The position numbers and the translations under genes are program-made. Below, piece after piece: positions 35,001-47,000 of a stretch of DNA of 64,000 nt; position 1 is the stretch's first letter, and each line of letters begins with the position of its first letter. A model generated the notes under the pieces. That model ran no database searches, was not told the origin of the DNA, and worked only from the letters and a program-made list of their open reading frames with translations. The stretch is from Eutreptiella sp. 'Long Island Sound 2002'. Its lineage: Eukaryota; Protista; Euglenida. The stretch covers positions 187,302,001 through 187,366,000 of the forward strand of contig OZ038378.1 in NCBI GenBank assembly GCA_964036045.1, read 5' to 3'.

Positions 35001-38000
35001 CTCGACAGCTGCTCCTCAAACGTTTTTGTAACCGCCAGAAGTGACAATTCAACCGCTTTCCTGACCGCCAGTATGCACTTTTTCCACTGCTCTTGCCAAC
35101 CGTCCCCTCGGTTCCCTCCCTGTCCATGTGCAGCACTGGCGGGGGCCATATGAGTAACACAAGGATGACAACATCACCGACGCCAGCAACACCATGCTGC
35201 AGAATATGAATGATGTGCTGTGGCCATGGGCTCACAGGGGCACCGTTGCAGGACAAAACCAACACTGGTACCCACCAGCAATTCCAAATGTTTCCACAAA
35301 ATAATCCTCCCACTGTTGTGCAGTGGGCTCTAATTACTGGCAATAGCGTATTGCTTGCTGTTGACCGAGATTGATGTCAGGGAGTTCGGCGATTGACTAC
35401 GGAATATGTCATGGCTATGGCCGCACAAATAACTGCAGGGTTGGACCCATGGCTACCCACACGGCTCATACACATGGCTCGTCATACACATGGCTCTTCA
35501 TACACATGGCTCCTGCCGCTGCGATGTGCCGTGGGACTACGTGCGTTGAAAACAGCGCCTTCAAATGTTTGAAGTAAAAAAATACTGAGGGGGCGGGAGG
35601 TCTTTTCTCACCTTGAAGCAGTGCTCCGCATGTCCATGCTGCAGGGTATGTGTCTTCGCAGTGCCGTCCTTGTCGGCGTTGATTTCGAAGGGCACAGTTT
35701 GTCCGGGTGTGACCTGGCAAATGCAAATCTCACGGATGCGAACCTGCAGAGCGTCGATTTGAGCCATGCCAACCTCAGCCACTGTACTCTCAGCAACGCC
35801 AACCTTGTGGATACACTTCTGAAGGTTCTGTTGGTGCACGTGTACGCGTGTTTCCATCAAGGGGGGGGGGGGGGGCAGAAAAAAATTTCTGTTTGGGGGT
35901 CCTTTTTCCACCCACTACTGGGGGGGGGGTAGTGTGTTGCAGGAAAAAAATCCCTGTGTGCAGCTTTTCTTTAGGAAAAAATGCCTGTGTAGTGAACTTC
36001 TGTCGTATGTACCCCCTTCCAATGTTACCGCCCTCTTGCCCCATTCCGTTCCACGCTTCCCTTATAGATGAGACATGATATAATGCGTTGCTGGGGGGGG
36101 TGTGCTCTTTGCTGCGGGTCCCCCCATCAAGGGGGACCTTATGAGTCAGTCACAGGCCCACATACCCCTTAAACCCCTCCCCCCTGCTCTCGACCCCTTC
36201 CCCGAAGCAACCAGCCCCTGTCAAGGAAACAAACAAAAGTCAGTTAAACACAGTGGGCCACTGACAGCACCTCTTTGCAAAATTTATTTTTTCATTTTTG
36301 GCGAACCATCCTTTCTTAGTTCATTAGTAAAACAGGTGCTGTCTGATGGCTGGGTGGCTGGGCAGGCAGGTTTCACCTCATTCCCCTACTCGGGGGAGGA
36401 CAGGACGCCCAGGCACTCAAGGGGTCCAAGAGAGCAGGGTGGGATTTAAAAATAAAAATCTGTAAGTTCCTCTCCTACCCTCCCGCTTGGGCCACCCCAC
36501 CTTCTTTGCCCCAGGTTCCACACATTTCTGGACTTGAACAGGTCAGGGATGTTGCAGACATCCAATTTTTTTGTGCTGTGTCTGTGTTACTGGTGTCTGT
36601 GTTACTGTGTTACTGAAGGCCAACATTCATGTGCACAGAAGTCCAACCCTCTGTCCTGTGCGTGTGTCGTGTCTATCTGTTTGCTGCAGTCTCCAAGCAA
36701 CGTACAACAAGAACTGCTTTACTGTCACAGGATGAAAAAAGGTTGAGTGATATCGTTCTTCAAACGTCATGGTTCCCCCTCTAATGCTTCTGTCCATGTC
36801 ACTTGAATCATCATCAGATGATGTGCACAAAAAATTTTCTGTGCAGCCAAGCGCCGTGGATGCTTGGATCGTGACTGATAGTGAACGAGCTGTGCTGGGG
36901 CGGGGGAAAAGGAATGGCAACGAAAAAAAATGGGTGATGCCGGAAGTGAGGGCCAGGGCCAAAGCATTGCGCGAGGACGTGTGCAGCATGCGGCGATTGG
37001 CACGAGATGAAGCAAAGGCGCATGAGCAAAAACGTGCTGAGCGGGGGAAGACTAAACAGTGGGCGCCCGTAGACACACACCATCAACATAGACTGGCCTG
37101 GGGTTTTTCAACTTGGGGCATGACCACTAAGGTTACACCGGTGAGACAGTGCCAACATGGGACACACTCAACCCCACGCCTCCTTGCACTTCGCACTAAA
37201 GAGGACAGATTGGCTACGGCTAGTAGACCAACTTGGCCCTGTAGGAAATGATATGTTGACCCCACAACATTGATGTGGAGTGAGCCCTTTGCAGTCCCAA
37301 ATTTGTACATCCAACACCTCTACCCGGTGTGAGAGGAAAATCCAAATGATGGGAAAATCCAAATTTCTCCACCCTCTTTCTTTGATTCGTCATCGTCACC
37401 TGATAGCAGTTCCGAGTCATCCGCTGATGACTCCTCACCACCGCCTCACAAAGCCCCAAAGACGGCACCAAAAGCATTGGGGAAGAGTGCAACTCACCCT
37501 AAGCTCAGTGGAAAGTCACGATGACCTTTGATGCCTCAGAGCTTTCCAACCTGTATTCCCGTGGACGATGAGCTTTGATGCCTCAGAGCTTTCCCTCCTG
37601 TATTCCCGTGGACGACACAGTGCGTTGTCTTTCGAACAATCTATGTCGCAAACAAACTGTTGATTACATGTTGAGCATTACACAAGTTTGATGTCATATG
37701 TCATATAGCTTTCTCATTGTATGTGTTCTTTATGAGCATGGGTATGGGTAAGGTTGGTATGGACCAAAGACGAATGGACAACAATTTTCTGCAAACATCC
37801 AGGAATATCGTGCGTAGTTACGGGAAAAAGGATTTTCCCCCCCACTACGGAGGTGGGTAGTATGTTCTAGGAAAAAAAGCCACCACGGGGGGAGGAGATT
37901 TTTTTTTCTGCCCCCCCCCCCCCTGTTTCCATGTGCATGCCCATGTGTAGTGAGCTTGGCAGGGCAACATCCGTGTGTGCACTTTGTGGACAGAGTTGAT

Positions 38001-41000
38001 TGCCACTGCACTCGTCCCTCAGTAGGGGTCACAACCGGTGTTCCCTCTCCGGGCGAACTCAGAAGTCCAGGACATGCAAGAGAACTGACTATTTGGCCAG
38101 ACCACTTCCTCTACAGGCAGGGAAAATGTTGGTACGGGATAACTCCTGTCAGGACAAATTTAAGACGGAGATCTGTGGCACAATTTGTGCCATTGATTGT
38201 AAGACCAATTTGTTTCACGCAACGATTTGTCTCTCTCACCTGCACATCACGCTGTTTGTCACTTTTCTTGGGACACGCAACATTTCTTGGTGGCCCAGTC
38301 CTTGCACACTCCAGTTGACACTCCAGCAATGTTCACAATCAGAATCTGTTGGAGCAAAGCAGTGGCAACTCAACACAATACTGCTCAACACCCCTTTAAT
38401 AGTGAGATCCGACGTTGGACCTTGACCTGCACCAAAGAAAAATTCGCGCAATTGGTTCCACCAATTTTAACGATGGTGGCGTACCTTGTCCCGTGCGGGT
38501 TTTGTCCCGACGCGTTTTGTCCCTTACTCAGTATCCCCCCTCCCCCCCTTGTAGATGGAAAGAAGGCGGGTTCTGTTGACGCCTGTGTCATCCAGTGGTT
38601 TTATTGGCCTCCAGGCACCAGTTGGAGCACACCACCACAAGCACTACCCTTCTCGCCATCCAGTGAAGAAGCATACCCTACGCTGCCCTGCCTCTGCTGC
38701 TACACCTGCCATGGCTCTGGGCCCTGCCATTCACTGTCTCCCTGCCTGTGCTCTGACGGCAACATCCTCCCGCCCCTTCGCTTGCCTGGCCTGCCCTTCT
38801 CCCTATCCCTACCCCGCCCGACTCCTTTGCGCTGGCTCTTGCCATAGCTCCTGCCGTTGCCCTTGGGGGCCCTGTCACCGCCCGGGCCCCTGCCCCTGAT
38901 CCTCTCGGCGCTGCTGGCCTGTCCACATGCGGTTGTATGCAGGCGGCCACTGTTGTTGGGGTCAGTCTCCGGGCCCACGATTTTACTGGATCCGTTTTAC
39001 GAGGGACGAACTTCCGCAGCGCCGACCTTTCGAATGCTGATTTCTTCGGCGCGGATCTATCGCACGCGGACCTCTCTAACGCTGTGCTCGCCGGTGCAGA
39101 GCTCACGGACGCAGACCTCACAGGGGCGCAGCTCCAGGGTGTTGACTTGTCGAACGTGGACCTGCACGGCCGGGACTTCGCCCAGTGCAACTTCTTTGGT
39201 GCAGCTCTGCGCGGCGCTAATCTATGCGGGGCGGACCTGCGCAATGCTGACCTGTCCAATGCCGTCGTGGCGGAGGCGGATCTAACGAATACCAATTTGC
39301 AAGGTCCTGCAGATGAGGGGCTTGTACTGGGGCATGGAGTGGGGCGTAGGGGCCAGGCTAGTGGTGAAAGCCGCACACGAGCATCAAGCCTGGGCGTGTG
39401 CCACTGCACAAGGCAGCCACCTTCAGCCGAACGCAGCCATGCCTGGTTGTGTTGTCTATTTGTGCACAGCCAGAAAGCGATTGCACATGCAGCCTAAGCT
39501 CGGCACCCTGTGCCTGCTGCCACCGTGCCCAATTTTGTTTCGTGCTGGGACCATGCAGTCACCCCGCGACTCGAGGATCAGTGGGTGATTGATGGTGAAC
39601 TGTTAGCGGTTTGGCCAATCACCGTCAGTTTCCGAAATGCATGTTTAGTACATGCATTGTCGGCAGTTGGCGTACGAAGCATGATGCTTCAAAACAAATC
39701 CTGTTGTGAGGTTGGGAACCTGCTGATGGACAGGGAAGGGATGGGGGAAGGGAGATCGTGGTGACACAATATTTGGGGGCACGGATGACTAGAGCCGTTT
39801 TTCCAAGCCGAGCTGCTGAACGGAGTCACTAGAACATAGTCATGAGGACCTAAGTTAGCCTCGAACTTGTAACAAATGCAAAGGGCTGATGCCATCCATG
39901 AGAATGCCACCAAAACCCATGAACATAGAAAAGGACATTGCAGGAGTTGACATGTCCCGGGAAAGCTCTTGGGAGGAGGGCTCCCCTTCAAATGCGGGCA
40001 TGGCCTTGGCCCGACGGCACGATGGACCTTCTCCCCCCCCCCCCCCCAAACAGGCTGTTTTTGTACCTCTGCATGGCCATGTATGCGCCACACTACCCCG
40101 CCCAGCCGCCCCGAGGGCCCATGCCGGGCCCGCCAGTGCCGCCAGTTCCGCAAGCCCCGCAGGGCCGCGCCTACAAATTCTTCTACGCCTGCTACTACGG
40201 CGACGACGAGACTGTCAGTAGCATGCTGGCGCGGTCGGATGTCGACATCCACTTCGAGAACGCGGAGGAGTACGGCCAGACGCCGCTACTGGCGGCCTGC
40301 GAGCGCGGCCACAGTGCCGTCGCGCAGGGCCTGCTGTCGTGCGGCCACTACGACGCGTTCCGCCTGAACGGGGTCCGGGGGGCCGGCGTGACCCCGCTGT
40401 ACGTCGCGTCCTGCAACGGCCACGCTGTCATCGTCGAGGCGCTGCTGGCCAACCCCGACGTCGACCCCAACCAGCCCGTGAACGGCGTGACACCCCTCGG
40501 GGCTGCGTGCGTGCGGGGCCACCTCGCGGTGCTGGAGGCGTGCCTCATGGACCCCCGCGTGAACCCCAACCAGCCCGGGCCCGGCGGCGAGACGCCCCTG
40601 TTCGTGGCGTGCCGCGCCGGGTTCCCGGACGTGGTCGCGATGCTGCTTGCGGACGAGCGCGTGTTCGTGAACCAGCCGGACGGGCGCGGCGTGACGCCGC
40701 TGCACGTCTGCTGCCAGGAGGGGCACGGCGAGGTGCTCCTGCATCTCCTGAAGTGCCAGCACGTGGACGCGACGATCCTGAACCACCCCGGCAACGTCGG
40801 GCGCCAGACGCCCTTCCACGCCGCGTGCGCGGGCGGCCACCGCGACGTCGTCACTCAGCTGCTCGCGGACTCGCGGACGCAGGTCAATCTCGTGGCCGCC
40901 GGGGGCGCGACGCCGTTCCTCGCGGCCTGCCGCGCCGGCAACGCCGCGGTCGTCGCGCTCCTCGCGGCATCGGACGGCGTCGAGCTCGACCAGCCGGACG

Positions 41001-44000
41001 GCAGCGGGGCCACGCCGCTGCACGCCGCGTGCGCGCAGGGCCACGCCGCGGTGGTGGAGCTCCTGGCGGGGCTGGAGCGCCTGGACGTCAACCAGCGCGA
41101 CCGCAGCGGCATGACCGCGTTCTACGCCGCGTGCTGGGCCGGGTCCGTCCCGGCGGTCGCCGCGCTGGTGAGCAGCCCCCAAGTCGACGTCAACGCCCCG
41201 GCGCTCGGGGGCGTCACGCCGCTGCATGCGGCGTGCTGGGAGGGGCACGTGGAGGTGGTCACGCTGCTGCTGGGGGAGGCGCGGGTGGACCTCAATGAGC
41301 CCGGCGGCGTCTTCACGCAGACGCCCTTCCATGCCGCCTGCTGGCAGGGGCACCTGGCGGTCGTGCAGCAGCTGCTGCAGGCCCCCGGCGTCGACACCGC
41401 GCGGCCGGACCGGGACGGCATCCCCCCGATCCAGGCGGCGGCGAGGCAGGGGCACACTGCCATTGTGCAGCTGCTGACCGACACGGCCGGCGGCGGCGCC
41501 GCGGACCTGCCCGCCTCCACTGCCGCCCCCAGCGCCATGCACAACTCCACTGCGATGAACGGGCATCGGCCCCTGCCCATGGTCGGGATGGGGTACAGCC
41601 CCAGTGGCTCGGCCTACGCCCCAGACCCGTACATAGACTTCCAGGGCTCCCCGCTGGGCCTCGGGGAGTACGGGCTGGGCAGCCCCGTCGGCAACGGGTA
41701 CGGCCTGGAGCTGGGGGGCTCGCCGCTGGGGCCCACCGATTACGCGCCCATGAGCCCCGGGGGCAACGGGTACGGCATGATGCCGTTCCCGGGGTATGCC
41801 CCCCGGAAAGAGCACATTGGGGGCATGTGATGTGGGTGCGGGGAAGGGCGTTGGGATGCGGCACACGCATCCCCATCCACGTCGACGGTATGACCCAATT
41901 TCACGACCGAATGCAAACTGACGATATGCTTTTCTCCAACACATGGATGCGCACCACAACGGTGTGGGCACCCCCATCACCCAAGTGTGGTGCACTTTTA
42001 TGGGGGAGCACCTGACGTGGCGCGGAGATTTACTCGTTTGGCCCGACCAAGCAGCTGTAGATCACCTTGTGGCTAGGCCGCAAAAGCTATAACTTCCCTA
42101 TGCTGTTTGGACAAGGGAAGGGAAAATCGACAATCCAGCAAGGACAGGGTGGTGGTTGCTCCCAAGGGGCCATCTTATGTATTTTCACCTTGGGAGGCGC
42201 TGAATAGGGCAAGACGGAGGGATGTTTACACAGGTCTTGTACCCAAGGGTTTGCTCTCCTTAGGGGGCAGTTTGTGAGGGGGTAAACGCCGACGGGATCC
42301 GGGGAAACCCGCCGTAAAAGTCGCGCATGGTGCTCGCGTGGCGCAGATACTCCCCCAATCTCGAAACCCTTGGTGTCTTAATATGCCCTGCCTGTTGTCC
42401 AAGGACAAGGAAGCCAGGTACAAGCCGTTCCGACAGCACAAGCGGCCAGGCCAGACCATTTGGTGCCCTCACTAAAATCCCCACACCTGAATCAGTATCA
42501 CGCCATTTTCATGTATTCAACAGCTGTCTGAACGTTGCTGGCACTCACAGCGCCGCTCCTTGATCCCCTGGGGGAATGTGAAGAAAGAGGATTGACAGGC
42601 ATGCGGTTTTGGTGGTTTATGAAGTCATATTGCTTCTGTTGTGATTTGGTTCCCCTCAGTAGGGCAATGCGGTCCATGCTTGCGCATCAGAAAGTGTCCA
42701 TCTTGCATGCACGTACGCCCATCACATGTTGCTCGGATTATAGACTGAGTGGTTTTAAGCAGGGCTTTGGTCACTGCCAGTCTGTCTGGGGTGGGGGTCG
42801 CAACCCCCCCCCCCGGGGTCGCACAACCCACTGTGTGGCCAGTATCTGAGTACAAACATTAGGACGTGAAGCGAACCCTCCCAAGCCGGTGGTGTTGTGC
42901 AGTCTTTTGGTGCCTCTGAAGTAAAGGACACCATGCATGCTGTGGCTCACAGTTGCAATATTGCATTGTTGTATTGTTGGTGTTTTTGCATGCCGCACGT
43001 AAGGCACGGCATACTGAAGCTACAGGTGGTACAGGAACGGTACTAATTCGGGACCTGGGCGTAGCTTGGACAAGGGGGTGGGGGAGTGTGTTGCTCGGCT
43101 GCAGGTCACCCTCCTCTTACAGTATCTCTCAGTCATGATTTGTGCAGTGCACAGGGTGTTGTCCAAGACACCATGGGACACTGCCGCCAATCTGAAATAG
43201 TTGTGCTTCGCTTCACCAAGGCTGCCACAGTATCTCTTGTTTTCTGTTAAAAGGCTTTGTGAATTTGGCCTAAAATGCATGGGTGCATGTATGCATCATG
43301 GCACCTACAGCATCTACCGCCTTTCTTTGCCGGGTGTGGAGATCGGTTGGACGACACTTCCACCCTGCGTGGATAGGCGCTGGCCGCAACAAAACCAAGT
43401 TCGGCGGACTAAGGGGTCCACTGGGGGAGGGGGGAGTGCTTTAATACGAAGACTGACATATCAAGGTCTTCCGTAGGGTTCTGTAGGTAGTGTGACACCT
43501 CAACTAGCCCTCATCATCGCAGACAGGGTACTTCATTTATCACAGAGCGTATGGTGATGTCACAGAAGCGCTTTCTTCCTCTTTGTTTTGTTGAGTTTTG
43601 TTGCTTTGCGGCTGTCCAACCTTGCACACCACAGGGTATGGTCTGCGCCAATGGCTGCATACCACCGTGGGGTTCAGTGTGTTGGGGGGGCTGTCTGGGT
43701 AACCCCCTACCCTAGTCCACACAATATAGTGCTGTTGTGGATGCCAGAGTGATTCTGGAGGGTAACGACCATCGCTGATCTATGGCCAAGCAACGCCAGA
43801 CAGCATGAGGGGGGCGACTCACGGCGCTCTGCTGGACAGCATGGAGAATTAGTGTCTTGGCTTCGCTGCGTTGAGACCCGCCGTACTGTTGCGGATGCCA
43901 GATGAATTCTGGAGGGTAGCGACCATCGCTGATTTATGGCCAAGCAACGCCAGACTTTGTGACATTTTGTGACAATGTACTGCGTTGACCATCGTCGATT

Positions 44001-47000
44001 TGTGGCCAAGCAACAAATAAAAGGTTACAATACAGCGAATACAGTGTTACATCTGGGCATGGCTGCAGAGTTGAGCCTGGGCAGCCTGTCAGGGGGAAGG
44101 TCGCATGTGCGACCCTCCCTACATTAAGGACTGCTCCCAGAGACTGCTCTAGCTACTCGTCGGTCACCCTCCAGCCGCTGGCGGTTACCCTCCAACGTCT
44201 GTTGGTTACCCTCCAACCTTCGAGCTGGGTTTGCCAGACGCTGGCCTGCGTGCCCACCAGTGTCACTTGAGTTGGAAGATTAATGCACTCAAACAGCACA
44301 GCACAGCACAGCACAGCACAGCACGCAAGCGGCTGGCCACCGCGTGCATTGCAATTCGCAGCAGGCATGTCTGCACATTTGTGGTCGGTAGCAAGATGCT
44401 GGAGGGAATTCCAGCCAATGTCCAATTCAGCCCATGTGAAATCCAAGCCAAATCAAAAGTGCTATGACACAGCTCAAAGATGGTATGGAACAGATATGGA
44501 CCAGTCTAAGACGGTCGCTTCCCGTGAGTCCCGTGGCCCCTCCTCGCCTCCCGAAAAAAAGCCGCGTTTACAGGTGGAGTTGCGTTGTGATGGTGTGGCA
44601 TGGCGTGCTGTGCTGTGCTGTGCTGTGCTGCGGTGTGCTGCGGTGTGCTGTGGAGTGGTGTGATGTGGTGTGGTGTGGTGTGGTGTGGTGTGCTGTGCTG
44701 TGCTGTGGTATACTGTTCTGTGCTGTGCTCTGCTGTGCTGTTCTTTTCCCGGTGTTCCATCCTCGAATGGACAATAGCGTGGGCACTGCGTGCATCTGAT
44801 TGGACCACGTTCCTTTTGGCACACCACTGGCCCAGGTCTTCATCCTCTTCTCCCCCGCCACATGCGCCGCCCGGGACATGCACACACCGCTGACGTTCGC
44901 ATGCGCAAGATGAGCACGTATCCCTCAGTGTGAGACCTTCACAGACTCCCGCTGTCTGACGGTTGCTTTCACTGACCTGGGCTGTGTATGCGTGAGGGAT
45001 GGGCGCCACCGTGTGATCCTGGGGATTTCTGAAGGGTCGGACCTGGGGTGGTCCTCAAGGTTCCTCACAGTTTTTTTTTCAAGTTGCACGAGGCATCGCC
45101 CCCATCGACCAACCGTCAAATTGCCGTCGCTTCGCCTCCAACCGCCGTCGATTCGCCTCCAACCACCATTGGTTGCCTGCCAGCCGTCCAGCTGCGTTTG
45201 ACGGATGCTGGCCGGATTTTTTTTGTTTTGCTCAAGGACTGTAACCGACCTCCAACTGCAGGGAGGGGGTCTTCAGCGGATTGGTCAGACGCCAAGTTTT
45301 GTACAGGGCTCCTAGCCCCCCCCCCCCCCCAATCGCCATTGACCGATTCTGAGCTTATCGCCCCACCCAACAAGCACGAAGCATAGCACCGAAAAGGGTG
45401 GTCCCAAGGCGAACGCCACCCAGAGATCCCATAATGGATGTTTCTAGGGGGCATCTGCTTGGCAAAGCAAACACGCCTTGGGGTGGGTGATGCAGCATTG
45501 CACATGCCCAGTGGGCAGGGCTGGTTGGTACCCATCCCCCCCTTGTCCTGAGTCAGGCTTGTCCAAACACAGCGACCCCATGTTCCCCCATTTTTGGTTT
45601 TTTTTGGAGCCATCGTCTTTTCGGTTCCAATCCAATAGAGAAAAAAAAAGAATGTGGTTTATAGCTTTGTGGCGGCAGGAACGGTCAATATGGGGGTCAA
45701 AGTGTTGGTGTAGCTGTAATTCCATGTGCTTGTGTTCTGGGGTGTATGCTGGCCTGTTGGACGCCCTTTTGTAGTCTTGAAGCGGTGGGGTTGGCTGATG
45801 TCTGCAACATGAGTTCCGTGGTACTGGCCACGCGCTACCATGAGCTTGTCCAAACACGGCTACCCCGTGTTTCCGCACTTTTGGCCCCTGAACCAGGCCC
45901 TGGCCCGTGTTAGGACAAGGGGGAGGGGGGTACAATCAATGAAAAAGGGGTCGTCTTCATCCAAACGCTAGGAAGAGAAGCGTGTGATCCATCAACACCT
46001 AAAAGGACCACAATCACCGCATCCAGTAACCCCCAGCAAATGATTGGCCCACATGCGGCAGGTTCCGGCAGAGGGTGCGTTCACATCAAGCGGCTTGGGG
46101 CATGCCTGGGCTTAGTGACAAGTCAGATACCCCCGAGGGGCCTTGCGCGCTGTACTGCGCTGTTGCTGTTGTGCGTCCACATTTGTCCATACCTAACCCC
46201 ATGTCTGCAGCAGACGGTGTTCGGGGGTTGCGACTGCAATTTCGAACGCCGAAGCCCTTCTGATCACAAGGACCAACTGGCGTGATTTGGCTCATCGTTG
46301 TTTCCGTGTGCTTGTCTGCACCGATGCCTGGACCGAGAAATTCTCCAATCCACCCAAGCGCAAGGTGCGCCGACGAAAAGCGGGTTTAGCACATTTATTG
46401 GTCACCCTCCCCGCACACACCCCACCGAAATTTCAGCCCCAGCCAATAGCTGAAGGCGGAATAGTTTCCAACATGCCACTCTCACCCAAAAAGTGCATCG
46501 CCGGTCCGGGCCCCCAACACAGGCCTGCAAAGCGGGCAGCCCACAAGCTGTGTGTTTTGACGAGCGGAGGACTTCCTCAGTGAAAAGAGAACACAAGCGG
46601 ATAGATCCGATGTTTGTTATGCTCCACACACACATGCCTGTGCACACACCACACACCGCACACACACACACACACACACACGTCCATACACATCTCTGCA
46701 TGCACTACACACGCTCGCGCACGCGCGCGCGCACACACACACACACAAACACGCGCGCGCGCACACACCAAGATGACGGTCCAGGTCCAGGGATCTAGGT
46801 CGTCTGTAGGCCTCGCTGCTAGACTCAGAGTGGCCGGTAATCCCCCTACGAGCACTAACCCCACTGACCCATGCTGGTGTCCTTCCTTAACATGCCCCTT
46901 GCTACCCCCCTACTCACCCACACCTCTACAGGCATTGGCTTACATTGTTCCTCATGCAGTTCATGCAGTTCATGCAGCATTAGCTTGTGGTTGGGTGTGC

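Noticed and set aside
36769-37251. 160-aa ORF with a charged coiled-coil-like stretch
   Set aside because: No diagnostic motif or splice context; probably a TE remnant in intron 12.
40054-41830. Ankyrin ORF as an alternative terminal exon of the pentapeptide gene
   Set aside because: Acceptor at 40053 is phase 2 versus the phase-1 donor of exon 13; it would be out of frame.
40286-41995. 569-aa minus-strand ORF and 319-aa plus-strand alternative frame over the nested ankyrin gene
   Set aside because: Shadow ORFs caused by very high GC3 codon usage; no domain-like content.
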